Part shown: piece by piece, positions 1-14,160 of the stretch | How the letters are laid out: the number at the start of each line of letters is the position of its first letter | Numbering within the stretch: the first letter of the stretch is position 1 | DNA from: Lingula anatina | Taxonomy: Eukaryota; Animalia; Brachiopoda | Direction: 5' to 3' | Assembly (NCBI GenBank): GCA_051362555.1 | Contig: CM120648.1 | Location: forward strand, 1,589,721-1,653,720 | DNA: 64,000 bases | Program-made: the position numbers and the translations under genes | The notes under the pieces: generated by a model | Seen by the model: only the letters and a program-made list of their open reading frames with translations | The model's database searches: none | What the model was told of the DNA's origin: nothing

Positions 1-274
1 AGTGGTCAGTTTCTCGAAAGCACTCTGGTGGAAAGCCAATGCTAGCTTTAAGGATGATTACTATGGCAAAATCTAAGCCACGATAGAGCAGTACGTGTTG
101 TTCCTTTAATTATTAAGGAATACGCTTGGTCGGTTAAATAAAGTAATAGAAGGACAATGTATGGGACAATGTATATGACTGCCTTATTTTGATGGACGAC
201 TATTGAATTATTGACTGTGTAAAGTTAGTAACAAGGATTTTAGCCAGAAAACAGACTTACTGTTCTGTGTGTGT

Positions 275-305
<31 letters not shown>

Positions 306-1620
306 GGGGGGGTGAAACGGGGGTCAACCGGCTAATGAGGTCGATGGGACTATTTCTTTTTCTGAATGCGACCCAAGATATAAGCCATGGGTCTGAATGA
401 TATCTGAGTAACACGGGCACGAAGGCGTACATTAAGTATCGCCTGCAGTTTTCAGAGTTTGAGTAAAAGTGAAATTAATTCCAAACCTTATTTTCTTCAA
501 TTAAAGTTTACATTATCTGAAGTCCAATACAAATACTAAATGGATCTTATTCTTGTAATACTGAATGATATCAAATTCGGCAAAGTAGCTGGAAGAAAGA
601 GTCAAGTTAGTATAGGTAATATGGTATTACATTACCATCGTTAATTAATTAATTAATCAATTTATTTATTTCATAAGATGATATTTACCTTTTTGTTTCC
701 CTTATATCTTTAAAATTCGCCATAAGCCAAGCAGCGCTTACAGGGGCAACAGGAAACTTTTGCCGAGTTAAAAAAAAGTTTTAAGAACCAGAAGGTTTAC
801 CTTGGGCGATGGCCAGGTAGACGTGTCATAAGATTACAGAATTTTATCGAGTTAAGCGAATCAACTATTTGAAAGAACAGGAAAGGTACAATTTGAAGCA
901 TTGCTTTATGTCTTACAGCCTTGGAAGAAGTTCAGTCGGCTTTACAATTTTCGTCTTGGCGCCCTTGTTAACAAAAAAAGTGCAAAGGATTGCCAAACAG
1001 GGGAGATCTCGAGAGTTCCTTCCAGAAATTTTTCACTGGTGTGACTTCCAATTTCATTTATATATGGAATACAAGTTTATCTTGAGCAGTAGTATTACAC
1101 ATGAATAACAATTTTTCTTCAATACAAGCGAGATTTCTGTCGCTTTATATCAATTCTGTCGTCATAAGCGCCAGATATTTTAGAGTTAAAAGTAATTTGT
1201 ACTAATTAAGGAAGCTGATTACATCTTTGATGGCAGTGTAGTTATTCCCTAATTGATAAAATAAAGTCTAACATCTATTTTCTTTTAAAAATGGTGGGCG
1301 TGTAATTCCACTGTAATTTTTTTAATGCAGGGTAGCAATATAAATAAATGAATAAAGATTGTTCACTTTCTTAAGTCAAAAACCGTATTGGCTAATGCAG
1401 GGGTACTAGCTGAACAATAATTCCCATAAACTTGCACAACCTGAATTCAAACTTACCAGGATCATTAAAAAAGTTAAGTAACAACTGCCTACCGTGATAT
1501 ATTTTCATTCAAGTCAGCAACTTACCGAAAATCTTGATCGTCCTTGGGAAGTAACCTAGGCGCTAGAAGAAGAAGGCAAAGACTAACCGAACTTACTCGA
1601 CAGGGGTGGGGTGTTTTATA

Positions 1621-1641
1621 CTGCGCCACCAGATGGCGCTC
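1621..1641 (+). promoter_or_regulatory. CTCF-binding-site-like motif
   Basis: ctgcgCCACCAGATGGCGCt closely matches the CTCF core consensus CCASYAGRKGGCRS. Binding is not demonstrated. Confidence 0.5.
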
Positions 1642-1910
1642 AGATGGACCAAAGAGGAATGAGATAGTATAAACCGTTGTAAGACTAATTTCTCGGAAGT
1701 AGACCTGTGTGACATGAACGGTAGTCCTAGGAATGGATTGGCACAGGTTAGGGGTGGTCGGAGTATTGGGGTTAGTATATGGGAGGAATGTCACCTGTAC
1801 AAAGTAATGGGAAGAGGTTCCTAGCAGACTACCATTCCTGTCACTACACACATGGTTTGCATTAGTGACCTTTCCCTCCCTCTCTCCTCCCTCTCTCCTG
1901 CTCTTTGTGC

Positions 1911-1956
1911 TGACCTGTGACCTGTGACCCTGACCCCTGCCCTTTGACCCCTGCCC
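1911..1956. promoter_or_regulatory. Cluster of nuclear-receptor half-sites (TGACCT/TGACCC), including DR1 arrangements
   Basis: tgacctgtgacctgtgaccctgacccctgccctttgacccctgccc gives about seven TGACCY/TGCCC units in 46 bp. Confidence 0.35.
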
Positions 1957-2762
1957 TCTGAACACGGGAACTCCATTACATGTGTAAGCTTGCACTCATG
2001 ACAGTGATTAACAGTTTACTGGCTGACTGAATTAGCGCGTTCGGAGTTGTTTTAAAAATAGATAAATAAATAAAAACGAAAATAGCCAGTGCCTTTAAAT
2101 ATAACGGGTACATTTATGAATTGTCTGTTTTGCGGTATTGATCTATGACAAAATTATAATTTCCTGTTTTTTTACAGCTATAGTCATAACCAGTCAAATA
2201 TATACCACAGTCTCCTAACACATGTTTATCAGGAAATGAGTCCATGGGTGTTATATGACAGTATACGTAAGACACCGTAGGCAGTGGGTATTTGAGTGGC
2301 AATAACATCAACATTTCAGCTTCAAGCACGGCGGGTTCGGGGGGGGGGGGGGGGGGGAGGCAAGGGGTTAGAATGAAGTGCCCCTTTAGGCTTAAGCCGA
2401 ATGTACATGTATACTCATTCCTTTGGGACCTAGATTTGAGAACAGGTGCATACCATTCACACCGGTGTCTGCAAGCCTGTTTTCGATTTGTTGATCCCAT
2501 TACAAGGTCTTAAGCACGGATTTTCCTAGCCTAATCTCTTCTCATCTCGACACACGCTCTCCTGTAGCCGGTAAAACACACGCTTTCCATCACCCTGGGT
2601 ATAACGGTGTTAAAAATACCAACCCTGTACTTCGCGTCCGCTTTCCATCAACGTGTTAGTATATAGCAAGTGAAGCTATAGGTACTAGTTACAACACAAG
2701 TCGAAGTCGTCCGCTGTACGCCACATACAAAAGCGTACCAGCTATAACGCGGCGCAGGTGAG

Positions 2763-2889
2763 GTACCCTCTCTACCAGAGCCACGGATTGATTTTTTCAC
2801 TAGATATTCCCAGATAAATATGGTCAATCTTTTAACTGGAGAAACGTGGAAAATGTGGCTGTAATATCTGCCAGCGTCATCCTGGTAGA
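2763..2889 (+). repeat. Dispersed ~125-bp repeat; second copy at 4435-4562
   Basis: gtaccctc..ccac(g/a)gattgatttt..agatatt..cagata..aaatgtg..taatat..gcca..cctggtaga occurs at both places. Confidence 0.7.
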
Positions 2890-3037
2890 TGTAGAGGGTA
2901 GGCTTCACCCATAGTATTAATCTGTATTAACCCACAACTAATTTATCAACTTATAATGGTGCACAGAAATTTTCACAGGATATGGAGTAAGTCGGGGGGG
3001 GGGGGGGGGGTAGTTAGACCTAGATGGTTTTGAAGAT

Positions 3038-3074
<37 letters not shown>

Positions 3075-3828
3075 GCTTTATTTCGAGAAGGTAAAACATG
3101 TTAAGTATGTACACTTATGTTACACATTGCCCTCTAGGAGATTCTCTGGTAAACGTGGGGATTCAGGGTGGTATATGTACATCCAGGAAATGACTTAGCT
3201 TGCTGGTTTTAATGGGCGTTTGGTAAAGACGCTGAAAACCAAGGTGCAGTGGGCGTGCTGTCAGCTATAAAATAGAACGGTATATATGGTGTAATATGAT
3301 CAAGTTTTCCGCCGAGCTACATTTCAAGTCAAAGTCTCTTACAGTAGGGAGCAGACGGTAATTACACATGAAAGTCGACGTAATGAAATTTGAACCTGTT
3401 CTTCCATCATTCGCAAGTGGTACCAATCTTACAATTGTTAACGTAAACTTACCTGCCCCACGCTATCAATTGATATGAAATGGTTCTGCCTTCCAAAGCA
3501 GTTCTTTTTTTCTTGTTATGGTAACTATGCTTGGCTGGGTGGTGTGTAGGAGACACTGGAATCAGTTGTTCTCATTAGGATGGCGTAATTCAGTTACATA
3601 ACTATAGGCAATTGCATTGAAGCGCATTTAATGATACGGGCGTCTTATTCAGAGACACGCGGCGTTGAAGTCTGGATTATTTTAACCTAGGTTCAGCAGA
3701 TTACGTTTGCCCCCCCTCCCCACAAATTTAAAAAAAGAGAAAGAAAAGAGAGAAAGAATGAATGAAAGAAAGAAAGAGAAAAAGTTGATCGAATTCAGCA
3801 CCATACGCATGGATGTTTTTTTTCTGTT

Positions 3829-4214
3829 AGCAGGTGTCATGAACATGACCATGCGACGCCTATCAAATTTAAACAATTAAGGACCGCTATCGAGTACAGA
3901 AACCTATCCAATAGAAATGACACGCCAGGGTATCCAATTTTGCGTTTTGTGCGTTTTTGTTCCTAAAATAGGTAGCTAATTAGTTAGAGAGCGTGATAGA
4001 TATGTACAGAGAATTTCAATATGTTTATATTGAAAGAAAAAATGATTCTTTAAGCAGGTGTCATGAACATGACCATGCAACGCCTATCAAATTTAATCAA
4101 TAAAGGGCATCTAAGTAAAAAGTATAGAAAGTAAAGGGTACATGTATCTTATTTTGCGTTTTATGCGCTTTTGTTCCTAAAATAGGTAGCTACTTAGAGA
4201 GCGAGATATACAGA

Positions 4215-4218
<4 letters not shown>
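3829..4218 (+). repeat. Local tandem duplication, about 190/165-bp copies (3829-4015 and 4053-4218), followed by (TA)n
   Basis: The blocks agcaggtgtcatgaacatgaccatgc..cgcctatcaaatttaa and ttttgcgtttt..gttcctaaaataggtagcta occur in both copies. Confidence 0.85.

Positions 4219-4276
<58 letters not shown>
4217..4276. repeat. (TA)n microsatellite; other simple repeats include (TG)n+polyG 266-312, (CT)n 22030-22073, (CA)n(GA)n 34137-34226, (TA)n 35338-35395, 42975-43047, 46159-46209, 46300-46361, 48664-48722, (TAT)n 36997-37042, (AAT)n(TAT)n 40105-40176, (TG)n 37783-37821
   Basis: Directly visible. Confidence 0.95.
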
Positions 4277-4278
<2 letters not shown>

Positions 4279-7200
4279 CTTTGAGGGCAACAAGAACAAT
4301 GAAAAAAGAAGTTAAAGATGTATTCGCAAATTCTTTTTTTTTTTTCTAAAACTCTGGTGGCAGAAAGTGGTCAATCTCTCCTTAATTTTTGTTTGCATAA
4401 TGCAAACATTTTCGGATTCATGCAGTGCTAATATGTACCCTCTACCAAGACCACAGATTGATTTTTCACAAGATATTCACAGATACATCTTTGGAAAACA
4501 GACGGTCATTTGGTTCTCATTAATGTTGAAAATGTGCCTATAATATATGCCACCCTGGTAGAGAGCAGCTAATATGCACAGTTTTCGTATCCATTAATGA
4601 AAGTTTGAGTAACGGAAGTTTTAAGAATAACAACCCTTTATGTAATGATGATATTTGCACTTTTTTAAAGCTGCAATATAACAAAAATTGGACTGCGCCG
4701 AAGGAGTATTGCCAGATGCACGTTTATTTCATTACATTTCACGACATTATGCTAGCTAGGCCTCAACTTCAATGTGTACATTACCTGAAAAAAAGTTTTG
4801 CAAATTGCTTTCTAAGAATATGCAGTTTTGCCGTGGTTCCTGTAAAACATTTGACTGCGCCCTGTCACCATATCGTCTTACTAATCATGAAGGTAACTGA
4901 ATTGAGGATTTTATTAATGGCTGAAATATTGCAAGGCCATCAAACAAACAAACAAACAAACAAACAAAAAACAATGACCTGTTGCAAAAGACGTCACGAA
5001 GGGTTTTTCCATTCTTAAAAGCCGGACGACACCGCGAAAATAGCTGCGAGCTAATTATTGCGTTATTTGAAATAAACTTCTTGTCATTTTCTGAGACGTT
5101 AAACATACTATACAGTAGAACCGTTTCTTTAGACACATGATTCCTGATAAGTTGAAAATTTTTATTTTAGAAAAAAAATTAGATCGATTGGAAAATGCGA
5201 GATGGCGGTTTAAATTTTAATCCATTGATTTTTTTTTTGTGTCAGAACAGATAAAATAAGTAATTGTTTTGCTAGACTGATGTAAGTAAAGTTCCATTTG
5301 GACAAATAATTCTTCGGCTCGCTTACTTTTAATAACATAAAAAATGTTATATGATCCTTGATACTGAAATCAGTTACAGACAGAAGGGAAGCGAGAAGTA
5401 AGGGATGCTCTCAAAATGCGCTTCGAAGTATGGATAGCTGCCGCCTCTCTCTCTCTCTCTCTCTAGATCTCTCTCTCTTCGGCTGAGGGGTGGAGTCCAA
5501 GAGATGACCCGCACAGTCTGCGTGTGGCAAACAGGGCCCCAGGGTGAATGTTTTCTAAATTTACTTAGTGTCGTGGCTTCAAGTTGCCAATGCGTATGGT
5601 AAAAGTAATAATTGCGCCTCTCGCAATTCAGTTTTATAACAAACTTAAGGCCGCGCTCAAACTCAAACATCGGACCTGCTGGATCGGTCCAACTCTGCGG
5701 GGGATTCTCAATAAAGTGCAATCAGTGTAATCGGCTTAATCGTCTGACACTGGACGATTGGTCGAATTCACATTATTAAGAGGTTCGATTCTCCTCTGCC
5801 CGTACACCCCAATTCATCCCACTGGTGCTCTATTGGGTTTGTAGCATACGGCTCAACCAGGGTTGTTCCATTCTGAGAACACTAGCAATCAGCAAGAAAT
5901 TGCTCTCTAGACGGAAATCGAGAGCAGGTGTGTGTAATGTTCAGGTATTTAACTGCCCCTGAAGCTACCTTGTGCAAATGAAATAAGACATTGTCTGTTT
6001 TAAATGACGCAGTTAATGTCCCCTCCCACGACCACAATGGACTGAGAGAAAGAGAGAGACCACAACCTATATGTACCTAGTCATCATTGTAACCTAGTTG
6101 TCCCAACGACGGTCGAATGAGAGTGGGTAGACATACTGGAGAAGGCCCCCTGGAAGAGTGTGTACATGGGATTACAGCGCACGGTCCCAGCAGCGTCCAC
6201 ATTTTAGGAGCATCCCATCCCCACGTTTTCTTAACAGTATTTGAATGGGGTCATTTACCGCGACATTCTCAGTAAATATCCTCATTCCCATCTGCAGCTT
6301 TATAACTGACACCATTTTGGATCAATAACGTGTAAGGTTATTAACCTTCTGTGTATTTTAACCCGTGGGTTTGGCGGCTGAAAAGGACACATTTGGTTTA
6401 ACTATAACTATATTAATATTGGATGCATGTGTCAGTCGTAGTAACCGGAAGCAGTGCTAAAGTATTACACACGCAATGGTAATATATATGGCATATATGA
6501 TACATTCTCTTACTTGCTTTGTTGCAGTGATCAGCTTGAGATTAAACCTTTCTAGAAGTAGAATACGACTTATTGCATTTGAGCCTATTTGGAAGGCCAA
6601 AAAAAAAAGAGGTAAGCAGAATTTTAAACTGATTGTGTAATATCAAATAGTCGTTTAGGTTGGTAGGTTAAGACTTAAACATCATGACTTATTTTAGACT
6701 GCAAAACAGGTCCTTGGTTCTATGTTTCTGTCCTTCACTGAAACATGTATTTAAATTTTATTAAAGCTTAGTGTAGTATTTAGCACGAGGTCATAAGATA
6801 AATGATATTTCTGTTGACACATTATGAATTTCGAACGAATGGATTTAAAATCTTCACAAATTAAAATATAAACATGTATATATGTAAAATAAAACAAGGC
6901 AAATAATTATATATGAGTCAGAAATATTGGGGAAATGGTCATCATTAGAGATAGCCTAAAGAGATTTTGCGAGATTTGGATGAGAATAGAACCAGAATTG
7001 AAGAAAGATAAGCAAAATGCCGTGCTGCAACGAATGAAATCTGACAGAATATGTCCACGGACTAGATAAACATATAACTAGTAGCATTACCCATGCTTAA
7101 ACCATGTGACGTTGAGGAAGCCTCACCAAAGAACGTTTATGAAGGACCGGCACCTGTATGCCGCAGGCAGGATCATATTGTATAGTGCATGTATTATGCC

Positions 7201-9770
7201 TTGTTCCGGAATTGGCCACTCCAACCACATGGTCATCTGGTCGAACTTCGGTTTTATTCTTACCTGGAAAAGTTAACCCCTACCTCACGCGGATTCTCGC
7301 ACCGTTTCAAGTCTCGTATGACGTCCCACAGCGCCGAAAGTCTCTCTTGTCGGATGAATGCCGTTTGAATCATAATGAAGCGCTGTGATAGAGCGTGGAC
7401 GCCAAACACCTTTTCAGTATAGCAGAGAACTTTTTGGTTTTACAGTTATCCAGATTATAAACTAAGTTAGCTTTAATACCAGGCATTTAAAACACTTAAG
7501 AACTATTTTCAGAAAACAAGAGGATTGATATAAACTGTATAAATACATGCACTTAAGTAGCTGATGCCTGGCTCTAGGAGAAATACAAAACCCCACAAGT
7601 AAAAAAGAATTTAAAATTATTAAATGATTTCAGACTCAGAACCCACATTTGAAATTGTTCCTAGCATTTTCCCTTAAGTAATAGATACATCACGAGTCAA
7701 CGGGGCGTGTGTAATAACACAAGCGAGAACCACAGGCGGATAACACAAACACTTTGTTAGGGAGGATGCTTCCTGGCTTATACAATAACGAACGTCGCGA
7801 ACAAAAGACCTAGGCAAGTGAATAACTCGTATCTATATATGTGACGTGTGAGCAAGACACGGCAGGTCCGTGTTTTGTGTTCTTTTTTATTCTGTTCTCG
7901 ACAGTTGTCGTACATGTAGTATGCTACATTGTACAACATCCTCGCGAGTCAGTCGTTGGTGCAATATTATGCGGCATGTCAGTGGCGATGCAAATTTCGC
8001 TGAGCAAAAATGTGTTCGTCCCCGTGACAAATACTTACAGCATAATAATGGGAAAATGGGAAGAAATGTTAATCAGTTAAGATTATGTAAACAGACCCAA
8101 GCATTGTATTTCATGAATTTGATACTCTCCTTTTGCACATATTTTGAATCCAAGTTTGACGGCCATTTCTATACGTATTATTTGTTAGCATGTTTTGTCA
8201 CAGCTATTTTGAGTCTAGGAATGAGATAACCAATCCAATTTCTTGGTTTAGTGTACTATTACACAGCAATGCCGTGTAAATATCACGCTTGTCTTGTGGC
8301 TCATTAGGTACTATCTTGAGTGACGTCTTCAAGCAACCAGTAATCTCATTTCATCGCGACACGCAAGACCCAGCGGCTGGACAAAGAGCGTTCAGTGTTA
8401 ATTGCTTCTCTCTCCAAGGAACACGGCGGCAGAGAGTGAAACTAAGGACGGCAGAAGCAAAAGCGGAACGTTGCAGTTTGAGGGCATCTTGCTGGCGACA
8501 CCAACAAAGGTGGGTTCAAAGTACACTTTTGCTTGAAAAAAACGGAATATATCGTAAATTAAAGCCCAATTAATTTTTCGAAACCGGGAAATTGGGTTCA
8601 TAAATTTTAGATCCATACCATTTGGCGGTGACTGTTGGCAATTTAAACATCGCTCTCTAAAGAATTGGTCACAGCTGATGAGATTGATGATACTTCCCCA
8701 TTTTATTTCATTGAAGAAGCTATTCTCTCCCCACCCTCTCCTGAGAGGTGAATGTTTTTACAGAACCATTGGTTCATAGCTGGCACGTGTATGTGACTTA
8801 ATTTAAGTTATAACCATTATTATTATTTTTATTATTATTGCACTAGTTCCAAGTTATAATTAGATAAATAGAACAAGTTGCTAGTACAGCGTACAGGTAT
8901 GGTGCACATAAGGTGCATAGCAAGAGTTTTACACCGTGCGTGGCAATCTTTGCGCAGAATACGAGGTTAAATGTACATTTTAATTAAAATGTTTCTGCTG
9001 CAAAGGCATTCAGTGGAAGTTATAGATTCCACACTGTTAATGGCTGTTGGGATGCTTTATTTTGTGTTTTTTGGCCTTTTTTACAATCACTGTATTCTCA
9101 TGTTATTGGGTTATTCCAAACCTTCTAGCAAGAGTTTAGGAATAAAGCAGTTATAAGGATGAAAATGGCGCATTAGACGTGCAGTAGTCTGGGCGATGTG
9201 GACCAGCACTAATTGGTGACAATACGCGTGACAATGAGATAGACAATGAGATGATTATTTAGCACGGTCCTCGTCTCATTATTTAGCGACTGTGAAGCAT
9301 TACTTCAGAGCAACAAACGTTGGCGCGAACAGGTTGCAATGATCAAGACAGGTCGGTTTCTTTCTATCGTGTAAAAGATTTCCTACTAATCATCATCACC
9401 GTCATCACCGTAACACTACTTTTTTTCATAGGTTTTACTTATGGTTTCTGACTACTTGTATCTGAATCAAAGGTGGTGTAGGGTTATGCTACAAATTTTG
9501 CGTGCTTTTGTGTCTTTTCGAACAGTTTAATGTGACAGCCTTAGTTATTTAATTGGACCATAATGTGTTGTAAGACAGTTTTGTAATTTTTTACAATTTT
9601 GTAAGACAATTTTGGTATATATGAACATCACAGGCTTCATTAACACCTATAAAACCTCTCCTGGCTATTAACACCTACCTGCACCTGTCATACCTGTTAA
9701 GCCCTATAACAGATGTTGTAGTTCAAAAAACCGTTTTTTTTTTTTTCAAATTGTAAAGTATCCTTTTCAG

Positions 9771-9852
9771 CGTTCACCTGCCGCTAGGGAAGCAAGTGTA
9801 TATCACGGGGGCCCTGCATTTAACACATCCAAAGCTTTTAACTGGAAGACAG
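9771..9852 (+). other. Candidate non-coding (5'UTR) exon, possibly of the downstream GPCR
   Basis: Acceptor tccttttcAG ending at 9770 and a strong donor CAG|GTAAGT at 9853. No recognisable coding content. The link to the GPCR is inference. Confidence 0.35.
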
Positions 9853-12800
9853 GTAAGTTTTGAATTTATTGGAAAAAATGACTAAGACCATATGCTAATT
9901 TTTACAAAGTAGGGCCTATGAGCATTTTTAATAGTATTTCAAACCTTGTTTTGCTAGTGATTGCCATTCCATTGTCGTTTTTTAGAATAATTTTAGATAT
10001 TTTGTAAAGCGTAATGAGATTTTTAATGAAATGTGCCGTAAGACACATTATTATTGTCAAAGTGGCTGAAAATCGTGCTGTTCGAATGATAACATGAGGT
10101 TAGTTTTCTTTTGGCAACACGTTATTGACGTGTGAACGGAAATATCGCATTGACAAAAACTCACTTTTATGACATGCAAACTTACCTTTTATAAGGCTTA
10201 TATAAAGACACCTTTTCTTATCGATACAAATCATTTCGTGAAAGCTATCTTCTCAGAGAAGTCCATCTGAAAGAGGCGATTCAAAGAGAGCAGAATGGTG
10301 CCGTGTGCATAAAGACGTTTGGCGCGTGAGTTGACTTTCATATAGTTGTTCAGTAGGTTTATTTTGTATCTCATTATTTTGTCATAATCGTATGGGATCT
10401 TATATTCACGCAAGGTGAGTAAATGTGTTGATTGATTATAGTACGGACTCTTGCATTCCGTTGGCTTCAAATAATTCCGTTCACTTCAAATAAAACGATA
10501 ACCCCCCCTTTTAAAGTAAAAAAAAAAGAAAAGAAAAAGAAAGAAAAAGAAGAAGAAACTTGTTGAAACTGAAACTGACTCCTCCAGTTTAATTACTATA
10601 TATAAAACTAATGCAGACGATTTGAAAGGGGATCCTTATGTTTTTGTACAAGTTGTATTGGTAAATCAACTTCGTCATTTCAACTCAACCGCACTTGCTT
10701 GACCATCACATTTTCCACGTTAACTGGTAAAAATTTAAATCATTGTTGTTCAACGTCAAATAAAAGTCTGCACACAACTGCAAACTGTATTTTATACTGT
10801 GAGCCTGGTAGGTGTTTATTTTAACTTATCATTACTTCGCCTTTGAACAAGGTCAAGCCATTTTTACTGTCATCTCATTTCATTTAACGGAAAATTAACG
10901 TAGATAGATCAAAACCTATTATAGTGAAATTTACCTAGCGTGATAAGATGCGTGAGAGTAAGATATCGTTCATTGGTTTTCTTGGCCTTTAGGCTTTCTT
11001 TAACGATCGAGTTTTAAGATCAAGAGGTTTGAGAACATCATATGCCTTCCGTAAAGACTTTTTTCATGTTGTATTTAGAGGATTTAAATCCATGTTGATA
11101 ATGATACTAATTCTGCAGATAAAAAATGGATATGACATTTATAATATACTATAAGTACAGGTACTGTAACTTGAGAAAGATATATATGACATTAATCTGA
11201 TAAAAAATTTCAAGACACTAATAAAATAATTTTAGCGAGAGCCAGAGAGAGGCAGATAGAGAGAAAGGGGAGGGCGTCCTAGTTCCTATTGGTCAGACAC
11301 CCTTATTTATTACAAGAGGGGGCAGCACGTTGGAAAACACCCATACATTAATGCTAGAAAGCTTCACACGTCAACACAGATGCTTTTGTTTTGAAACGAC
11401 AGCATGTAAAATGAGCTAGGCCGGTAGATAACAGATAAGTTGTTAATGTTTGACTCATAAGAAGAGCCTACTAAACTGTCCCTATATAGCACATATCAGT
11501 ACTTTTGTTGCGCTAGACTTCAAATTCAACAAGATTTTATTAAATTTCATATGCACCTATTCAATAATATATTGTATTAATAATATAATAATATATTAAT
11601 TATAAATCGCTAAAGCCCCAAATTTCACATCTGCACGATAACATGGACACAAAACATTTTGCAAAATGATAACATAATGTATGGTAATATTCAGTGCGAC
11701 AATACACTTCCGATTGCATATTCTCTGCGATAATCAAACCCAGCTGGCACAGTTGGATAAGTATAAAAACATTTATTCAACAAGTGAGCCAATTAGTGGA
11801 ACCGCTGCAATTAAAGAAACTGAAAACGGAGGACAGAGGAAAACTAGCTAAAACATTTTCCGTCATTGACTGAGATCAATAAACATGATAATCATAAAAA
11901 CATCCTTAACGAAGGAAACCAGCTTTTGCAAATTAGCTAAGCAGATGGTAACTACAGCCTGGGAAATCAGTCATCGAAATAACGACCCGATTCCTCTGCT
12001 TGCTTTAATTCTCAGCGGTGATTTCTTAAGGGTAAAAAATAGAATTGCCAATACCTCAAGTCAATGTTTCCCTTGAATGTAGAAGAAAAATGTGGACTTT
12101 TCACCTCCTTGTCTGTTCACAGGTCTAACAAGTGTAATGAAATCCGACAAGGCATTGACGACGGCGGTAAATATGGAGCGACGTTGAATTGTCATTTCTT
12201 TGAAACATTAAGAGTTGATTTGTCAAATCGGGCATTATATCCAAAGGTTTTATTCTACTTTAAGCATTTCATTTAAAAAATAAATAAATATGTAACTTTA
12301 AAACCATCTATTTATGAAAAAAATAAAAGGGAGGTTGTAGTCTTTCAAATTCGTTTGATATTGCCCCGGTATGTCAATACTGATTGGATTCGAGCAGCTT
12401 TGTTACCGCTGCGATGCCGCAGGGGATTTTGACCGATGCAGATGATAAACGTTTTTGATTAGCTTCAAACCCCACAATCAACCTATTTATTCCCTGCTGA
12501 AGTAGCCATAGTCTAGTTGCCAAACCAATTTGTCCAAGAGTCGGAGTTTGCAATGTTCTCTCGTGTTTTCTTTATCTTTTTTTTTTTTTTTTTTGCGAAT
12601 AATCATTTGTGATGGCCAGAGAAGTATGCTTGTCATTCTACAATAGAAGACTGTAGGCACCAGCCCTGTTGTCAACAGAGCGATGTAAAATTTAAATTGA
12701 AATGTCAGATCGCTGAAATATTAAGTATATGAACTATCAGAAAGAATGTTTCTTTACTGTTAAGACGATAGGCTTTGTCTGAAGTTTAATACATGTGTAT

Positions 12801-13039
12801 GAACCAAGTTTTACTTCTAGTCATTCCTGCATATTCATGAATGTGCGTTTGTCCAATAAGTGCCAAATCGTACTTTTGTTTTACTTCAATTTGCTGAGTG
12901 ACTTTGTCTGTTAATTGGGCAGGTTTCCTTTTGAAAATCAGTGTGATCAGATTTTATAACATACTTATTTTTATTTTATTATTTTCATGAATCATATAAT
13001 TAATTATTTAATTAACTAATTTATTTATCAATCAGCCAT

Positions 13040-13040
13040 T

Positions 13041-13077
<37 letters not shown>

Positions 13078-13106
13078 GTAAATATTGTTGAATTGCTCAT
13101 TTTGCT

Positions 13107-13152
<46 letters not shown>

Positions 13153-13181
13153 GTAAATATTGTTGAATTGCTCATTTTGCT

Positions 13182-13218
<37 letters not shown>

Positions 13219-13248
13219 GTAAATATTGTTGAATTGCTCATTTTGCTG
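13040..13248 (+). repeat. Composite tandem repeat: three units of (TAT)n + 30-bp gtaaatattgttgaattgctcattttgctg
   Basis: Three identical 30-mers, each preceded by a TAT run of variable length. Confidence 0.95.
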
Positions 13249-13898
13249 TCCGGTGTCCGTAGATACACTCTTGGCCAAAGAGGCTGTCACACATCCAATT
13301 CCACGTGTATTTGCTTAAAATTTATATGGAATCGTGGCTTATTTTCCTTGTTATGGAGGTGTGAAATTACATTTGAAAAAGCTCTATAAACACAAATAAT
13401 AAATTTTGTCTTATACTTTTTACGCCAATGCGCTTATATCGTGGGCGACAAGACGTATTGGAATTAGTATGCTCAACAAAAGTATCCTTTGGGTAAATTT
13501 ATTATATGAAGGTATAAGATGGGACTCTTTTGAAGCCAGGATTGCAGCCAAAACGCATACCAATAGATGAGGGTGTAGGGCATCTTCCTCAAAACGCCTA
13601 TAATTCATGAAGTACGAACACTTTTTAAGTGATTTTAAGACGGCTGAACTGTAACTGTTACAAAACTGCTGGCATCCATTTCAACGGTAGGAACCATGCA
13701 AGATCAGAAAAACACATAAAGTCTCTTTCACAACGAGTTATGTCAAAATAAAAAAGTTCTTTATTTATAAATTTGATTTTTTTGGCGGAAAAAGATTTGA
13801 AGAATGCATATGATGGTGAAAAATATCAGAAGAGACACGATTGATGTTCAAAACAAGCAACAGAAGGTCCGTGGTGAGGTCAAGGCATACGGCACAAC

Positions 13899-14160
13899 CT
13901 GGGGCGGATCCAGGATTATTTGAAGGGGGTACGATGATGCAAAGCCGACCCTTCCCCCCTTCGCCTTTGTTTCGGGGCCCGCTGAAAGGCACCGGAAATT
14001 TTTGGTATTTTTGAGGGCGAACGGTGCCATTTGGTACTGTTTAGAACTATGGTTCAGTTATTCAAATTTTTAATTTCAAGAGGGGACCATTGGATTTTCA
14101 GAAATCAAAGGGGGGTCAGGACCCCCCATGACCCCCCCCCCCCCCCCAAATCCGCCAATG
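13899..14160. mobile_element. hAT-like non-autonomous element (MITE) about 130 bp upstream of the GPCR exon acceptor
   Basis: Imperfect TIRs ctggggcggat...atccgccaatg, and an 8-bp TSD ggcacaac (13891-13898) / ggcacaat (14161-14168). Confidence 0.7.

Noticed and set aside
800-1170. Possible coding or retrotransposon remnant on the minus strand
   Set aside because: The minus-strand frames are interrupted by stops and I could not recognise any domain motif.
4665-5213. Additional Kolobok-like element (ttaaagctgc...gcggtttaa); similar hint at about 25060-25252
   Set aside because: The inverted ends are too degenerate and there is no second copy in the window to support boundaries.
13040-13248. 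CRISPR-like pattern of 30-bp repeats with intervening sequence
   Set aside because: The intervening sequences are just (TAT)n, there are no cas genes or leader, and the context is eukaryotic.
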